Origin: Octopus sinensis
Lineage: Eukaryota
Reading direction: 5' to 3'
Length of the DNA: 64,000 bases
Assembly: GCF_006345805.1 (NCBI RefSeq)
Contig: NC_043022.1
Location: forward strand, 2,604,001 to 2,668,000
Each line of letters begins with the position of its first letter. The stretch's first letter is position 1. The position numbers were made by a program, and so were the translations under genes. Positions 49,570-64,000 of this stretch are shown here, in pieces. Below the pieces are notes generated by a model. It made no database searches. It was not told where the DNA came from and saw only the letters and a list, made by a program, of their open reading frames with translations.

Positions 49570-49933
49570 ATCTAATTGAGGGTCGGTGGTGCTCGAGTGT
49601 GAATCGCGTGAGGAGCTTGGCTGTGTTTTGGAGCAGCAGCAGGCCAGGCCATGGCTCTGCAGCAAAGCACTATATGTCTGCTACATCACGTCATCCTCTG
49701 TTGAGCCAGAGCGCCATTTTATCTGCTGGTGTTTCTTTTTACCTTTTTCCAAAGCAGCCAACCTCCAAAACTGAAATCGCTACTTCACCTCCGCTCCTTT
49801 ATTCCTCCCAACTTTCTCCAGACATTCCTCGAACCCTTCCACCTTGTTTTTTTTTTTTTTTTTTCGGCCTGTTCAGCTGTGTCGTGGGTCTCCAGAGCCT
49901 CCGCAGTGTCGAGACCCGTTAACGCAGGTACGT
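49570..49933 (+). promoter_or_regulatory. Candidate promoter / non-coding first exon ending at a splice donor
   Basis: CpG-richer sequence after an AT-rich stretch, with no match to the repeat families seen here; CRE-like tcacgtca 49686-49693; YY1-like gcgccatttt 49711-49720; CAG|GTACGT at 49927/49928. Confidence 0.4.
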
Positions 49934-51605
49934 AAACTAAATATATACACACACATACATGTCTTTATATATATATATATATCCATATACACAAACATCT
50001 ATCTATCTATATAAAAACTCGCATAACACATTTCTCTTCCTCTCTCTCTCATCCCCCGTTCCGATCATCATCTCTTCAACATCCTTATTCAATCCATCGA
50101 CCACACATTTCCCTTCCCACCTCTCCAACCGTTTCCCTCTCCATTTGTTTATATTCTGCTTGTCATTTATCTGCCTTCGCCTCACCTTTTTCCTCTCTTC
50201 TTTCCAGCTTGCCTTTCATTTTATGTATTATTCTCTTTTATGTGTCTCTCTTTCTCCTTTTTCCTTTCCTCCTCGGCCAAAGCAGTAAATTTTTTTCTTT
50301 CTCTTGTATATTTCTGCTCCTCGCCACAGTTATTTTTTTGTTATCTTTCTTCCTTTCTTTTATTAAATCAAAAAACCGCCCCCAATTAATGTCATTTCGG
50401 ACACCAGTCGTTACTACATCGTGCACATATTTCAACTTTAAATTCATACATACACACAAAGTAATGTCAATGTCTTCCATCTCCCACATATATACTTCTA
50501 GGTATATATATGTGTGTATATATGTATATACACATGAGGAATCGGTTTCTGACTGAAGAACGAAGGCTTTGAATCACCCGTCTGTCTCTTATGTTCGACC
50601 CTTCGTGTATTTCACGTTATTTATATATGTAAAGGTTTATATTATTATATTATATATGTATATATATAGATCTGTTGCTTCTGCTAAATATTAATGAATA
50701 TATATATATATATATATGTATGTATGTGTGTGTGCACATACACATCATGTTCTCCATTTCAACGTATATACATACATATATATATATATATATATACATG
50801 CACAATAATGTGCTCCATCACGCACATATATACTTGTAGGTATATATAAAATATATATATGTGTGTGTGTGTGTATATATATATGTATGTATAGATCTGT
50901 TGTTTCTGCCAAATATTAATGAATATGTGTGTGTGTGTGTGTGATGTGTGCACGTACACACATGTTATCCATCATAACGTATATACATGTATATAATAGT
51001 ATGAAATATGGATTCAGATAATTATACATACATGCATACATATACGTATGCACATATATATCCATGCATACATACATATATATATATACACATACATGCA
51101 TACAGTATCCCCAATCACAATACATACATGCACATGTTGTATACACACACACAACACACACACACGTATATGTATGTATAATGTTAACTGTGTGTTTCGA
51201 TACATTGTGCATTCTAGAAGAACAAATGCCATCTCACAAGACATATTGTTCCTCTCTGGTTCCATCTGGGCTTTTTCCCCTCCCCGTTGTGCTTCTTCAA
51301 CGATATCATTCCCATTATTTCTGGCATATCTTAAATGGTTATCTTGTATCCAACACGAGCTAGAAGACATTTAAACACAACACACACACACACACCACCC
51401 ACAACCGGGCAGAAAGACAGATATATATATATATATTATATATATATATATATATATATCACACACACACACAAACCGCAGCCAGATATAATACAGATAT
51501 ATATATATATAACATACACACAACCGGGACAGAAGAACAAGAAAGAAAGACAGATATATTATAATATATATATATACACACACACACAACCGGGCTAGAA
51601 GAGAC

Positions 51606-51637
<32 letters not shown>

Positions 51638-52364
51638 TATATATATTATATAATATATATATACCACAACCGGGCAAGAAAGACAATGTATATATATATA
51701 TATATATACAGACACACCCACACACCACACATGTTTTTTTACAGCCTTTCGTGTATTGATTATTGGGTTTTTTTTTACTGTGTCAATACGGGAGAATGAC
51801 AATTATATAAAGAGCAAATCCTAGGCAGATTGTAGTTTGTCGTGGTTTTGTCGCCCGTTCCTCGAAGTGTGGCCAACATTTTATCCATTCACATAAAATG
51901 ATTTTGTACATGACATTTACGAGATAAGGCGATGTCAGCCTTCGACATCACACACACTCACGTGTGCATATATTGTATAGACATGCATACACACGTATGC
52001 AGACTATTTTGTGCATAAGGTGTATACATACATGCACACATTATACACGTACACACACACAATAATATAGATTCACTGTATATGCACATAAATTATGCTC
52101 ACGGTATATATACATGTTTTAGCCCTTTGTGGGTAATAAAGAAATAGGTATATATATATACACATGTACATATATACATGTACATAGTACACACACATAC
52201 ACACACACACGTTTATTATACACGCATGGACATATATTTAGTCCTTGCTGTTCATATTTCTGTATTAATGATACATGATTGTACAAGCTGTATTTTACTC
52301 CACATATATACACTCACGCATACTATATATAATCTACACATGTACAGCATATACATACTTGTCG

Positions 52365-52398
<34 letters not shown>

Positions 52399-52409
52399 CA
52401 CCACATACA

Positions 52410-53420
52410 AACATGCATACATTGTCCTCTCACTAACACACGTATGTATATATTATCTCACACTCACACACAACAATGCTAATACACACAAACATGCATA
52501 CATTTCCTCTCATACACACACGTATGTATATATACCTACACTAACAACGACACACACCAATGCATACCCACACAAACACAACACCGGCATACATTGTCCT
52601 CTCACTACACACACGTATGTATATATTATCCTCACACTACACACACACGTTATATACACACAAACATGCATACATTGTCCTCACTACACACGTATGTATA
52701 TATTATCCTCACACTACACACACATGCTATATACACAGAAACATGCATACATTGTCCTCTCACTACACACACGTCTATATATATTATCCTCACACTACAC
52801 ACACACATGCTATATACACACAAACATGCATACATTGTCCTCTCACTACACACACGTATGTATATATTATCCTCACACTACACACACACACACATGCTAT
52901 ATATACACACACATGCATACATTGTCCTCTCACTACACACACGTATGTATATATTATCCTCACACTACACACACACATGCTATATACACACAAACATGCA
53001 TACATTGTCCTCACTACACACACGTATGTATATATTATCCTCACACTAGACACACACACACTATATACACACAAACATGCATACATTGTCCTCTCACTAC
53101 ACACACGTATGTATATATTATCCTCACACTACACACACACACACTATATACACACAAACATGCACACATTGTCCTCTCACTACACACACGTATATATATA
53201 TATATTATCCTCACACTACACACACACATGCTATATACACACAAACATGCATACATTGTCCTCACTATACATACGTATGTATATATTATCCTCACACTAC
53301 ACACACATGCTATATACACACAAACATGCTATATACACACAAACATGCATACATTGTCCTCTCACTACACACACGTCTGTATATATTATCCTCACACTAC
53401 ACACACACACACATGCATAT
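52410..53420. repeat. ~81-bp minisatellite, about 11 units, built from two ~40-bp halves
   Basis: cattgtcctctcactacacacacgtatgtata + tattatcctcacactacacacacatgctatatacacacaaacatgcata. Confidence 0.92.
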
Positions 53421-54116
53421 ATGTATATATTATACACACAGGGACACCTTTGCTGCTCATATTTCTTTCTTTTTTTATTGTTATTGATATTAAATAATTG
53501 CACAGGGTGTATATTTACCCCCCAAATATCTTCCAGAAACCTTCTATTGTCCCTTTATTATTATTATTGCTACAAACATTAAAGCAGAGGCCGCCGCGAA
53601 CCTGCTCCCGTCCGTCCGTCCGTCCGTCTGTCCGTCCGTCCGTCCGTCCGTCTGTCCGTCCGCCTGTCTGTCTCCATGTCTAGGTTTCTGTCTCGTTAGA
53701 TCCGGCTTTGAATTACATCAACCACACTCAGTGCTCGGGTTTGTAATAATATATTTCCTTACGAATGTTGAATGGCTTTTCGAGAAGATTGGCAAGGCCG
53801 AATTTTGGATTGGATTAGTAAATGTGTGTGTATACGTATGTATATGTATGTATATGTGTATGTTTGTACATGCGTATGCATATATGTGTATAAGTTTGTA
53901 CATGCATATGTGTATATATGTGTGTGTGTGTTTGTGTGTATACATGTTATAAGAGATGTGAAGTTGAAGATCGCAGCATTTTAATTTTTTTACTCAATTA
54001 CACACACAGAAATTGATTTTTTTTTTTTTTTTGATAATTAGGCTGAAGTTGTCTGTGACCTCGAAGTTTCGGCCTACCAGCCATCATTGTTATGCATATA
54101 TATGTCTGTGTGTCTG

Positions 54117-54165
<49 letters not shown>

Positions 54166-54449
54166 CGAACAGCTACTATTATTAGTAACTGTGGTTGCTT
54201 TGATAAAGAACAACTTTTGCAGTACTGAAGAACCAACATCAGATGAATGCTGCAACATACATACATACATATATATATACACACACACACACACAACATA
54301 ATATATATATATATAATATATATATATATATATACATGGACACGTCTCCTTGCTTTAATTTTTTTTTCTTATTTATTATACACACATCTTTAGCTTTCAT
54401 TCTCTTTGATTACGTATTTATTATACACACTATATATATATATACAATA

Positions 54450-54492
<43 letters not shown>

Positions 54493-55369
54493 GCTCTATA
54501 GTGGCGATGTTGGTGGTGTTTAATGTTCCAATTGTGATCGATTTCGTCGGCGGCCTTGTAAAGAAGGGAGAGCGATCATCATCATCGTCATGATCATTAC
54601 CACTGCAGCCGTCATCACCATCAAACAAGCAGCGGCTGTCGCATGCTCTTAGGATAATAATAATAATAGCAGCAGCTCCCTCCCCCTCTCTCTGTCTTTC
54701 TATCTATCTATGTTTCACCCATCCCTTCCCTTTCTCTCCGACCTTGTCTCTATTTCCTACTCCCCTTCCCCTCTCTGTCTTTCTATCTATCTATGTTTCA
54801 TCCATGCCTTCCCTTTCTCTCCAACCTCGTCTCTCTCTCCTACTCTCCTCTCTCTCTCTCTGTCTATCTATCTATGGTTCATCCATCCCTTCCCTTTCTC
54901 TTCAACCTTGTCTCTATCTCCTCCCATTCCCCTCTCTCTCTCTCATCTATCTATATTTCATCCATGCCTTCCCTCCAACCTTGTCTCTATCTCCTACTCC
55001 CTCTCCCTCTCTATCTATGTTTCATCCATCCCTTCCCTTTCTCTCCGACCTTGTCTCTATCTCCTCCCATTCCCCCTCTCTGTTGTCTCTTCTCTTTCTC
55101 CTTCTCTCTCTCTCTCTTCCGTCCACCTCTTCCCACACCTCTCTTTCTTCCTCCTCCTCCTCCCTCTCCCAGCAGCTGCCCCAGATACTTTCACTCAGCC
55201 AAACACTATTATTATTATCATCATCATTATTAATGCTTTCATTTGTGTTTGTTGGTTTTTATAGGCCACTGTTCACCTTCCACGCATTCACTTACAACAT
55301 CGTCAACACACACACACACACACTGTCAATTAAGATGGGCAAAGCTGGCATAATCATTAAGTGCGTCGG

Positions 55370-56035
55370 ACAAAGTGCTTAGCGGAATTTGCTTCCTGCT
55401 TTTTTTCTTCTTTACGTTCTGAGTTCAAATACCGCCGAGGTCGACTTTGCCTTTCATCCTTTCGGGAGTCGATAAATTAAGAACCAGTTACGACTTAATA
55501 CCTATGTCTGTCCTTGTTTGTCCGCTCTGTGTTTAGCCCCTTGTGGGTAATAAAGAAATAGGTATTTCGCCCGTCGCCCACATCCTGAGTTCGAATACCG
55601 CCGAGGTCGGCTTTGCTTTCTTTTCCCCCTCTCGTTGTCCAAGTACTGGGGCCCGATGTACTCGACCAGTTCCTTTTCCTCCCCAAAACCTGCTGACTCT
55701 GTGCTGCTCAAAATTGAAGCCATTATTGTCATCGGCGAGCTTAGCAGACTCGTCAGCACGCCGGGCGAAATGCTTGGCGGTATTTCGCCCGTCGCCCACA
55801 TCCTGAGTTCGAATTCCGCCGAGGTCGACTTTGCCTTTCATCCTTTCGGGGGTCGATAAATTAAGTACCAGTTACGCACTAGGGTCGATGTAATCGACTT
55901 AATACCTATGTCTGTCCTTGTTTGTCCCCCTCTGTGTTTAGCCCCTTGTGGGTAATAAAGAAATAGGTATTTCGCCCGTCGCCCACATCCTGAGTTCAAA
56001 TTCCGCCGAGGTCGACTTTGCCTTTCATCCTTCCC
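55370..56035 (+). mobile_element. SINE B cluster with repeated head-less units
   Basis: Two aaagaaata|ggtatttcg junctions; units share the local variant cgcccgtcgcccacatcctgag. Confidence 0.85.
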
Positions 56036-56849
56036 GGCGAAGGATTAACTGAATAATTTGATCTACAACTTTCTCTGCCAGTCTTCAGGTTTTATTTCGA
56101 AGACTTCTAGACAGAAAGGAACTGTATACAAATAGGTTTATTATATGTGGCTCCGTAAACCAAGGGCCAAGCTCCTGGTGGGGGCGAATTTGCGAGCAGT
56201 TGTTGTACAGCCCCAGGTCAGTCGGACCATAATCAAATGTGTTCTCTTGCTGACTCGAGGGACATAATCTGTTATTTTTAGGAAGATGTGTGACTGTGTA
56301 GATGTTTCCTTGTTGCCATGACAGTTTCGTCGTTAAAATATGATGGGACGGGCATGAATGCCACGGATTCTCATGACCTCACGAGCCTAGATAAATGTCT
56401 GTTGTGCAGCCGGTACAGAGCAAGATTCTATTGTTATCTTTTTTATTCATCTTTAAATTAGATAGAAATTTTTTTTAAATAAATTATATATTTTTGCAGC
56501 CCTCTATAATTAAGATATTAAAATCGTGTTAATGAAATATTTCCACACCTGAAAATCACCACGGCCCACGATCTTTCTCTCTGCTCTAGTTAAATAACCA
56601 GGCAAAATCGATTTTAAAGAAACCTACATACATGTGTGTGGGTGGCGGCCTAAGCATGTACGTACGTGTATGTAGATACAAAATATGTATATACACACAC
56701 ACGCACACAGATGCATGTGTATACAGATAGATCCTTATGTATATAGATAACCTGTATACATAAGTTATTTGCACACGTGAAAAAGTACTCAATACATGGT
56801 ATTATATACAAAGGAGTCTTCAGCTTTTCTGTCAGTCTGTCTCTCTCTC

Positions 56850-57158
56850 TCTCATGTGTGTGTGTGTATATATATATATGTATGTATGTATATATGTATG
56901 TATGTATATATGTGTGTATATATGTATGTATATATGTATGTATATATGTGTGTATATATGTATGTATATATGTGTGTATATATGTGTGTGTATATATATA
57001 TATATGTGTGTGTATATATATATATATGTGTGTGTATATATATATATATGTGTGTATATATATAATATGTGTGTATATATATATATATATGTATGTATAT
57101 ATATATATATATATGTTTTGGATGTATATATGTATTATATTGTGTGTATATGTATGTA

Positions 57159-57189
<31 letters not shown>

Positions 57190-58395
57190 GTATGTATATA
57201 TGTATGTATATATGTGTGTATATATTGTATGTATATATGTGTGTATATATATATATGGTGTATATATGTATGTATATATGTATGTATATATGTGTGTATA
57301 TATGTATGTATATATGTGTGTATATATATATATGTTATGTATATATTATGTATATATGTATGTTATATGTATGTATATGTATGTATATATTATGTATATG
57401 TGTGTCTATATTAGTATATATGTGTGTATATATGTATTATATATGTGTGTATATATGTATTATATATGTGTGTATATATGTAAGTATATATGTGTGTAAT
57501 ATTATATATATTATGTATATATATATGTATATAGATCTGTATATGTATGTATGTATATATATATGTATATTATATTTGTATTTATGTATGTATATATGTA
57601 TATATATTTGTATGTATGTATGTATATATATATGTATATATATTTGTATGTATGTATGTATATATATATGTATATATATTTGTATGTATGTATGTATGTA
57701 TATATATATATATATATATTTGTATGTATGTATGTATATATATATTTGTATGTATGTATGTATATATATATATGTATATATATTTGTGTGTATGTATGTA
57801 TGTATATATATATGTGTATGTATGTATATATATATGTATATATATTGTATGTATATATGTATGTATATATATTGTATGTATATATGTATGTATATATATT
57901 GTATGTATATATGTATGTATATATATTGTATGTATATATGTATGTATGTATATATGTATGTATATATATTGTATGTATATATATGTATATATATTTGTAT
58001 GTATATGTATGTATATATATTTGTATGTATATATGTATGTATATATATTTGTATGTATATGTATGTATATATATTTGTATGTATATATGTATGTATATAT
58101 ATTTGTATGTATATATGTATGTATATATATTTGTATGTATATATATTTGTATGTATATATGTATGTATATATATGTATATTTTTATAAATTTCTTTTTTT
58201 TGTATGTATATATGTTGTATATATATATGTATGTATTGTATATATATATGTATGTATATATATTTGTATGTATATGTATGTATATATATATGTATGTATA
58301 TATGTATGTATAGTATGATGTATATATATAGTATGTATATATGTATGTATATATATATGTATGGTATATATATGTATGTTATTATATGTATGTAT

Positions 58396-58429
<34 letters not shown>

Positions 58430-58552
58430 GTATATATATGTATGTATAATATATGTATGATATATATATATGTATTATATATATATAATGTATGTATATA
58501 TATATATGTATGTATATATATATATATGTTGTATATATATATATATGTATGT

Positions 58553-58590
<38 letters not shown>

Positions 58591-60536
58591 GTTGTTATAT
58601 ATGTATGTATATATGTATGTGTATATATATGTATGTATATATGATGTATATATGTATGTATGTATTATGTATGTATATATATTATGTATGTATTATGTAT
58701 GTATGTATGATATATATATGTATGTATTGTATGTATGTTATATAGTATGTATATATGTATGTATGTATATATATATGTATGTATGTGTATGTATATATGT
58801 ATATGTATGGTATGTATATATGATATGTGGTATGTGTATGAATATGTATGTATGTGTATGTATATATGTATGATGTGTATGTATATATGTATGGTGTGTA
58901 TATATGTAGTGTATGTGTATGTATATAGTATGTGTATGTATATATATATGTATGTATGTGTATGTTGTATATTTGTATGTTATGTATGTTGTATGTATGT
59001 ATTGTAGTTTTATATATATATGTATGTATGTGTATGTATATATATATATATGTATGTATGTGTATGTATATAATATATGTATGTGTTGTAGATATATATG
59101 TATGTATGTGTATGTATATATATATGTATGTATGTGTATGTATATATATATGTATGTATGTGTATGTATATATATATGTATGTATGTGTATGTATATATA
59201 TATGTATGTATGTGTATGTATATATATATGTATGTATGTGTATGTATATATATATGTATGTATGTGTATGTATATATATATGTATGTATGTGTATGATAT
59301 AATATGTATGTATGTGTATGTATTATATTATGTATGTATGTGTATGTATATATATATGTATGTATGTGTATGTATATATATATGTATGTATGTGTATATA
59401 TATATATGTATGTATGTGTATGTATATATATATGTATGTATGTATATATATATGTATGTATGTGTATGTATATATATATGTATGTATGTGTATGTATATA
59501 TATATGTATGTATGTGTATGTATATATATATGTATGTATGTGTAGTATATATATATGTATGTATGTGTATGTATATATATATGTATGTATGTGTATGTAT
59601 ATATATATGTATGTATGGTATGTATATATATTGTATGTATGTGTAGTATATATATATGTATGTATGTGTATGTATATATATATGTATGTATGTGTATGTA
59701 TATATATATGTATGTATGTGTATGTATATATATATGTATGTATGTGTATTGTATATAATAGTTATGTATGTGTATGTATTATATATGTATGTATGTGTAT
59801 GTATATATATATGTATGTATGTGTATGTTATATATATGTAGTATGTGATGTAGGTATATATATTGGATGTATGGGTATGTATATATATATGTATGTAGGT
59901 AGTATATATATATGTATGTATGTGTATGTATATAATATGTATGTCTGTGTATGTATATATATATATGTAGTATGTGTATGTATATATATATGTATGTATG
60001 TGTATGTATATATGTATGTATGTGTATGTATATATGTATGTATGTGTATGTATATATGTATGTATGTTGTATGTATATATGTAGTATGGTATGTATATAT
60101 GTATGTATGTGTATGTATATGTATGTATGTGTATGTATATGTATGTATGTGTATGTATATGTATGTATGTGTATGTATATGTGTATGTATGTGTATGTAT
60201 ATGTATGTATGTGTATGTATATGTATGTATGTGTATGTATATGTATGTATGTGTATGTATATGTATGTATGTGTATGTATATGTATGTATGTGTATATAT
60301 ATATGTATGTATGTGTATATATATATGTATGTATGTGTATATATATATATATGTATGTGTATATATATATATGTATGTGTATATATATATATGTGTATAT
60401 ATATATATATATATGTATGTATATGTATGTATGTGTATATATATATATATGTATGTATATGTATGTATGTGTATATATATATATATGTATGTATATGTAT
60501 GTATGTGTATATATATATATATGTATGTATGTGTAT

Positions 60537-60568
<32 letters not shown>

Positions 60569-60572
60569 GTAT

Positions 60573-60604
<32 letters not shown>

Positions 60605-60626
60605 GTATATATATATGTATGTGTAT

Positions 60627-60658
<32 letters not shown>

Positions 60659-60664
60659 GTATAT

Positions 60665-60724
<60 letters not shown>

Positions 60725-60725
60725 T
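56850..60725. repeat. ~3.9-kb TA/TG-rich simple-repeat array
   Basis: Direct inspection; sub-blocks with 26-bp and 20-bp periods. Confidence 0.98.
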
Positions 60726-63059
60726 TTAAGAAACCCTTTAGTCTGATGATGGACATCTGCTAGCCAATATCCGCGGAAGAGCTTTCGACAGCACGCTTTG
60801 TATTGCCCGGATAATTTTGTCGAGGGTGGTGGAAATGGAACTCGGAGCTTGAGTTTATATATATTTTCCATTATCGATAATCGATAGCAGTTAGTGACTT
60901 TAAATGCCGCGAGTTTCGTGATTGGCACTCGAATCCGTATGTGTGTGGACGGTGAAAATTTTAATTCTTCACTGAGCTAATTAGGAATGATGAAACATTA
61001 CATTATCAAATGCATTGGTCTCTGTCTCTTTTTTTCTCTCTCTCTCTGGCATCTTTGATATCACTAAATAAATTAATATATAAATAGATTAAAATATAAT
61101 AAAATAACCACACACAGCCAAACTTGTATTGTCATGTTCTTTTGTATTCTGTTGATCTGATTAAAGTTGCTATTATCATTTCTGATGTCAGCGCTAAACA
61201 CAAAAAGTCTAAAAACCCACCTGCCTTGAACCGACCAACACACACACACACACACACTCTCTCTCACACTTTTCTCTTAATTTTTCTAAAATTAAAAGCG
61301 AATTTCCGCTTCAGTATTCATCTCTGGATCCATGGCATGTTTGTTTTTTTTTTTTTTTTTTCCTTTCCAACACACATTAATTACTTAATCACCTACCACC
61401 AGTTCTACTACTAACTACTACGGCTGCTGCTGCCCTGTGTAGTGTAGTTAGTCAATCACTCGATTTGCTGGAAACAGCAGCTAAGTCCCTCTCGAAATTC
61501 ACGACCCTAACATCTTCGAAAAAAAAGGAGAGGAGGGGGGTACAGCACGTTGTTACAACGTAGTCCTAAATTCGTCGTCTGAATAAACGATGGGGGTGGT
61601 CGCAAATAGAACGCCGGCAACCTTAGCTCTATCTTGTCTGCTTCTACAGGGCTCAGCCGGGGCCGTTAGCAGTAAGGTCTTGATGCAGTGTACAGCCACC
61701 ATCCAACACTATTACCACTACCACCGCTACTATCTCTGCTAATACACATACAGAGAGTGCCACTATTACATCTAATAGTACTATTACCGTCGCCACCACC
61801 ACCACCACCACCACTGGTTACCATTCACCTGTTGTACTATTATTGCTTCTGCTACTACTACTGTTAGTTTCACCATTGCTACTACAGTATTTTTGTTTGT
61901 TATCACATTCGACCATCTTTATTCGAACAGCCACTGTATAGTCGCTCGACTCGCCAGAAATAGCAGCCAAATCTCATTCGAGTCGCATCCAAGTGCTATT
62001 GACTTCAGCGAGGTAAAAGGGAAAGCGTGAGGTAGCCCTTGAGATTTCATTTATAAGCCTCGTAGCAGTGGTCACGCCTGCACTGGTTTTCATAATAGTT
62101 CTTACTCGATGAGGGATGTCCTAGGCCTAAAGAACAACTAGCTCTTCGTGGTCGATCGCTCTGCTAGAAATAGCAACCAGATATCTTTTAGAACATACTG
62201 TACCTTCTTAACTAATAAAAACGTACATCGAACAATGGGCGGAGGTAAAGAATACGTCCACCACCCGTTTTCTTTGTAAGAAAACCCCTAAACACTGGGT
62301 GTACGTATTCTTTACTTTCACCTGATAATCTACCTGGTGGCCACGGTTGGAATGTCTTTGATTGGAGGTCTCTTAAAGTCAAGGTTGTCTTGAGTCTTAA
62401 CGACAATTTTTCTTGGTGACATTTGTAGGGAGACAGTTGAATGGATGGGTCCCGGAATGCTCTTGAAGTGGCTATGGAGATTTTGAACTCAGAATGTAGG
62501 GTCCTAAAGATGGATGTTGTCTGCTGCTTAGTTTGTCTGTTCTATCCCTTTCTGTCATTCTTACGACTGTTTGCGTTGGGAGTTCAAATCCCATCGAAGT
62601 CGACCTCGCCCTCTTTCCGGTGTCGATTAAACATTTAAAGTACCAGACGAGTACTGGGGTCAGTGTCATCGACTGGTCCTGGGTCTCTTAGATTGCTGAT
62701 CGTCAGTACCTCGAGCTAATGAGGGTGTGTCTCTGCGTTGCCAATCGATCTGCTAGAAATCGCAGCCAAATCCTCCCGATTATTGTCAGTAACTCGAGCA
62801 AATGCAGGTGTCTCCACGTTGTTAGTCAATCTACTAGAAATAGCAGCCAAAGCTTCCTCAAACCACGCTCCGTTCTCTTAAAAAATGGACACATAAGAAA
62901 TGTGCGCCTAGAGGTTACCCCCCTAAAAAGACGTGATAGTCATTGCTGGCATGCTTTTGATCGACCATAATCGACCCATGGTTAAATACTGCAAGTACTA
63001 TCTTCATCATCATCATTACGATAACTATTTTATTACTATACAAATATAATACAACTAGC

Positions 63060-63445
63060 GGAGGCGCAATGGCCCAGTGGTTAGAGCAGCGGACTCGCGG
63101 TCATAGGATCGTGGTTTCGATTCCCAGACTGGGCGTTGTGAGTGTTTATTGAGCGAAAACACCTAAAGCTCCACAAGGCTCCGGCAGGGGATGGTGGTGA
63201 TCCCTGCTGTACTCTTTCACCACAACTTTCTCTCACTCTTACTTCCTGTTTCTCTTGTACCCGTGATTTCAAAGGGGTCAGCCTTGTCACTCTCTGTGCC
63301 ACGCTGAATATCCCCGAGAACTACGTTAAGGGTACACGTGTCTGTGGAGTGCTCAGCCACTTACATGTTAATTTCACGAGCAGGCTGTTCCGTTGATTCG
63401 GATCAACCGGAACCCTCATCATCGTAACCGATGGAGTGCTTCCAC
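63060..63445 (+). mobile_element. SINE family C, tail type 1, 11-bp TSD
   Basis: atacaactagc at 63049-63059 and 63447-63457. Confidence 0.92.
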
Positions 63446-63736
63446 GATACAACTAGCATTGGTTAACTAACCACTGCCATTAATAACAATAATAATATTT
63501 GGGAGGGACGGTAACCTTAGAGAATGAAGGAATCTGATGGTCGTACATACAGACATATACAAAGGAAGTAACGTGCGCACATTAGACGCTATTGTATACA
63601 TTATCATCGTAATGTCGGGGTCGATAAATTAAGTACCAGTTGCGTACTGGGGTTGATCTAATCGACTGTCCCTCCCCGCTCACTCTCCAAAAATTTCGGG
63701 CCTTGTGCCTCGAGTAGAAAAGAACGTACACTGATA

Positions 63737-64000
63737 GGCGCTGTGTGGTGAGACGCTTGCATCCCAACCCCATGGTTCCGGGTTCAGTCCCACTGCGTGG
63801 CACCTTGGACGAGTGTCTTCTTCTATAGCCTCGGGCCGACCAAAGCCTTGTGAGCGGATTTGGTAGACGGAAACTGAGAGAAGCCCGTCGAATGCATATA
63901 TGTATATGCATGTGTGTGTCTGTTTGTCTCCTCAACAGCTTGGCAACCGGCGTTAGTGCATTTACGTCCCTGTAACTTAGTGGTTCGGCAAAACAGAATG
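63737..64000 (+). mobile_element. SINE family A, cut by the window end
   Basis: Family A head and body. Confidence 0.85.

Noticed and set aside
51200-51370. Unique segment with a 60-codon minus ORF (MSSSSCWIQ...)
   Set aside because: No recognisable domain or splice context.
53700-53825. EWLFEKIGKAEFWIGL resembling a C-type lectin WIGL motif
   Set aside because: No flanking cysteines, weak splice sites, and the motif is too short to support.
60737-60860. CTGATGA at about 60745 as a hammerhead; open frame [26 protein letters not shown] as an exon
   Set aside because: No stem I or III pairing; the peptide is unrecognised, both strands are open, and there is no splice support beyond an AG.
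836-60928. Dozens of long ORFs rich in YI/CV/HT/YLPT or single residues
   Set aside because: They are translations of microsatellites, which lack stop codons by composition.
2144-63445. tRNA genes
   Set aside because: All A/B-box sequences are SINE heads that continue into SINE bodies; none forms a complete cloverleaf with an acceptor stem.

Overview
Eukaryotic, extremely repeat-rich DNA, most likely from an octopus (Octopus sp.). This is inferred from the dense tRNA-derived SINEs and the (TA)n/(CA)n/(TG)n load; it was not verified by search. No intact host protein-coding gene can be supported, and almost all tracked ORFs are microsatellite, minisatellite or SINE artefacts. Coding-derived elements are: a near full-length Tx1/L1-clade LINE (15.85-20.78 kb, minus; CCHC ORF1, APE-RT-zinc finger ORF2 with two frameshifts), a decayed Tc1 DD34E transposon with TIRs and TA flanks (12.5-13.95 kb), the 3' part of a Penelope-like element with a Naiad-type GIY-YIG (45.25-46.5 kb), CR1 and RTE 3' fragments, and a possible R2-superfamily endonuclease fossil. 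The rest is at least five modular SINE families (my labels A-E), non-autonomous Helitrons, piggyBac-like and hAT-like elements, fold-back elements, an interstitial telomeric tract, satellites, and a possible promoter/first exon near 49.6-49.9 kb. Best leads: (1) Penelope-type hammerhead ribozyme folds at five loci, including a perfect 76-bp palindrome carrying an intact hammerhead core on each strand (33.86-34.01 kb); (2) a SINE whose 3' tail matches the Tx1 LINE tail and which builds head-less tandem arrays at one fixed junction; (3) a Helitron+SINE composite bounded by a 13-bp direct repeat, inserted into LINE ORF1. SINE and repeat boundaries are approximate (about 10-20 bp).
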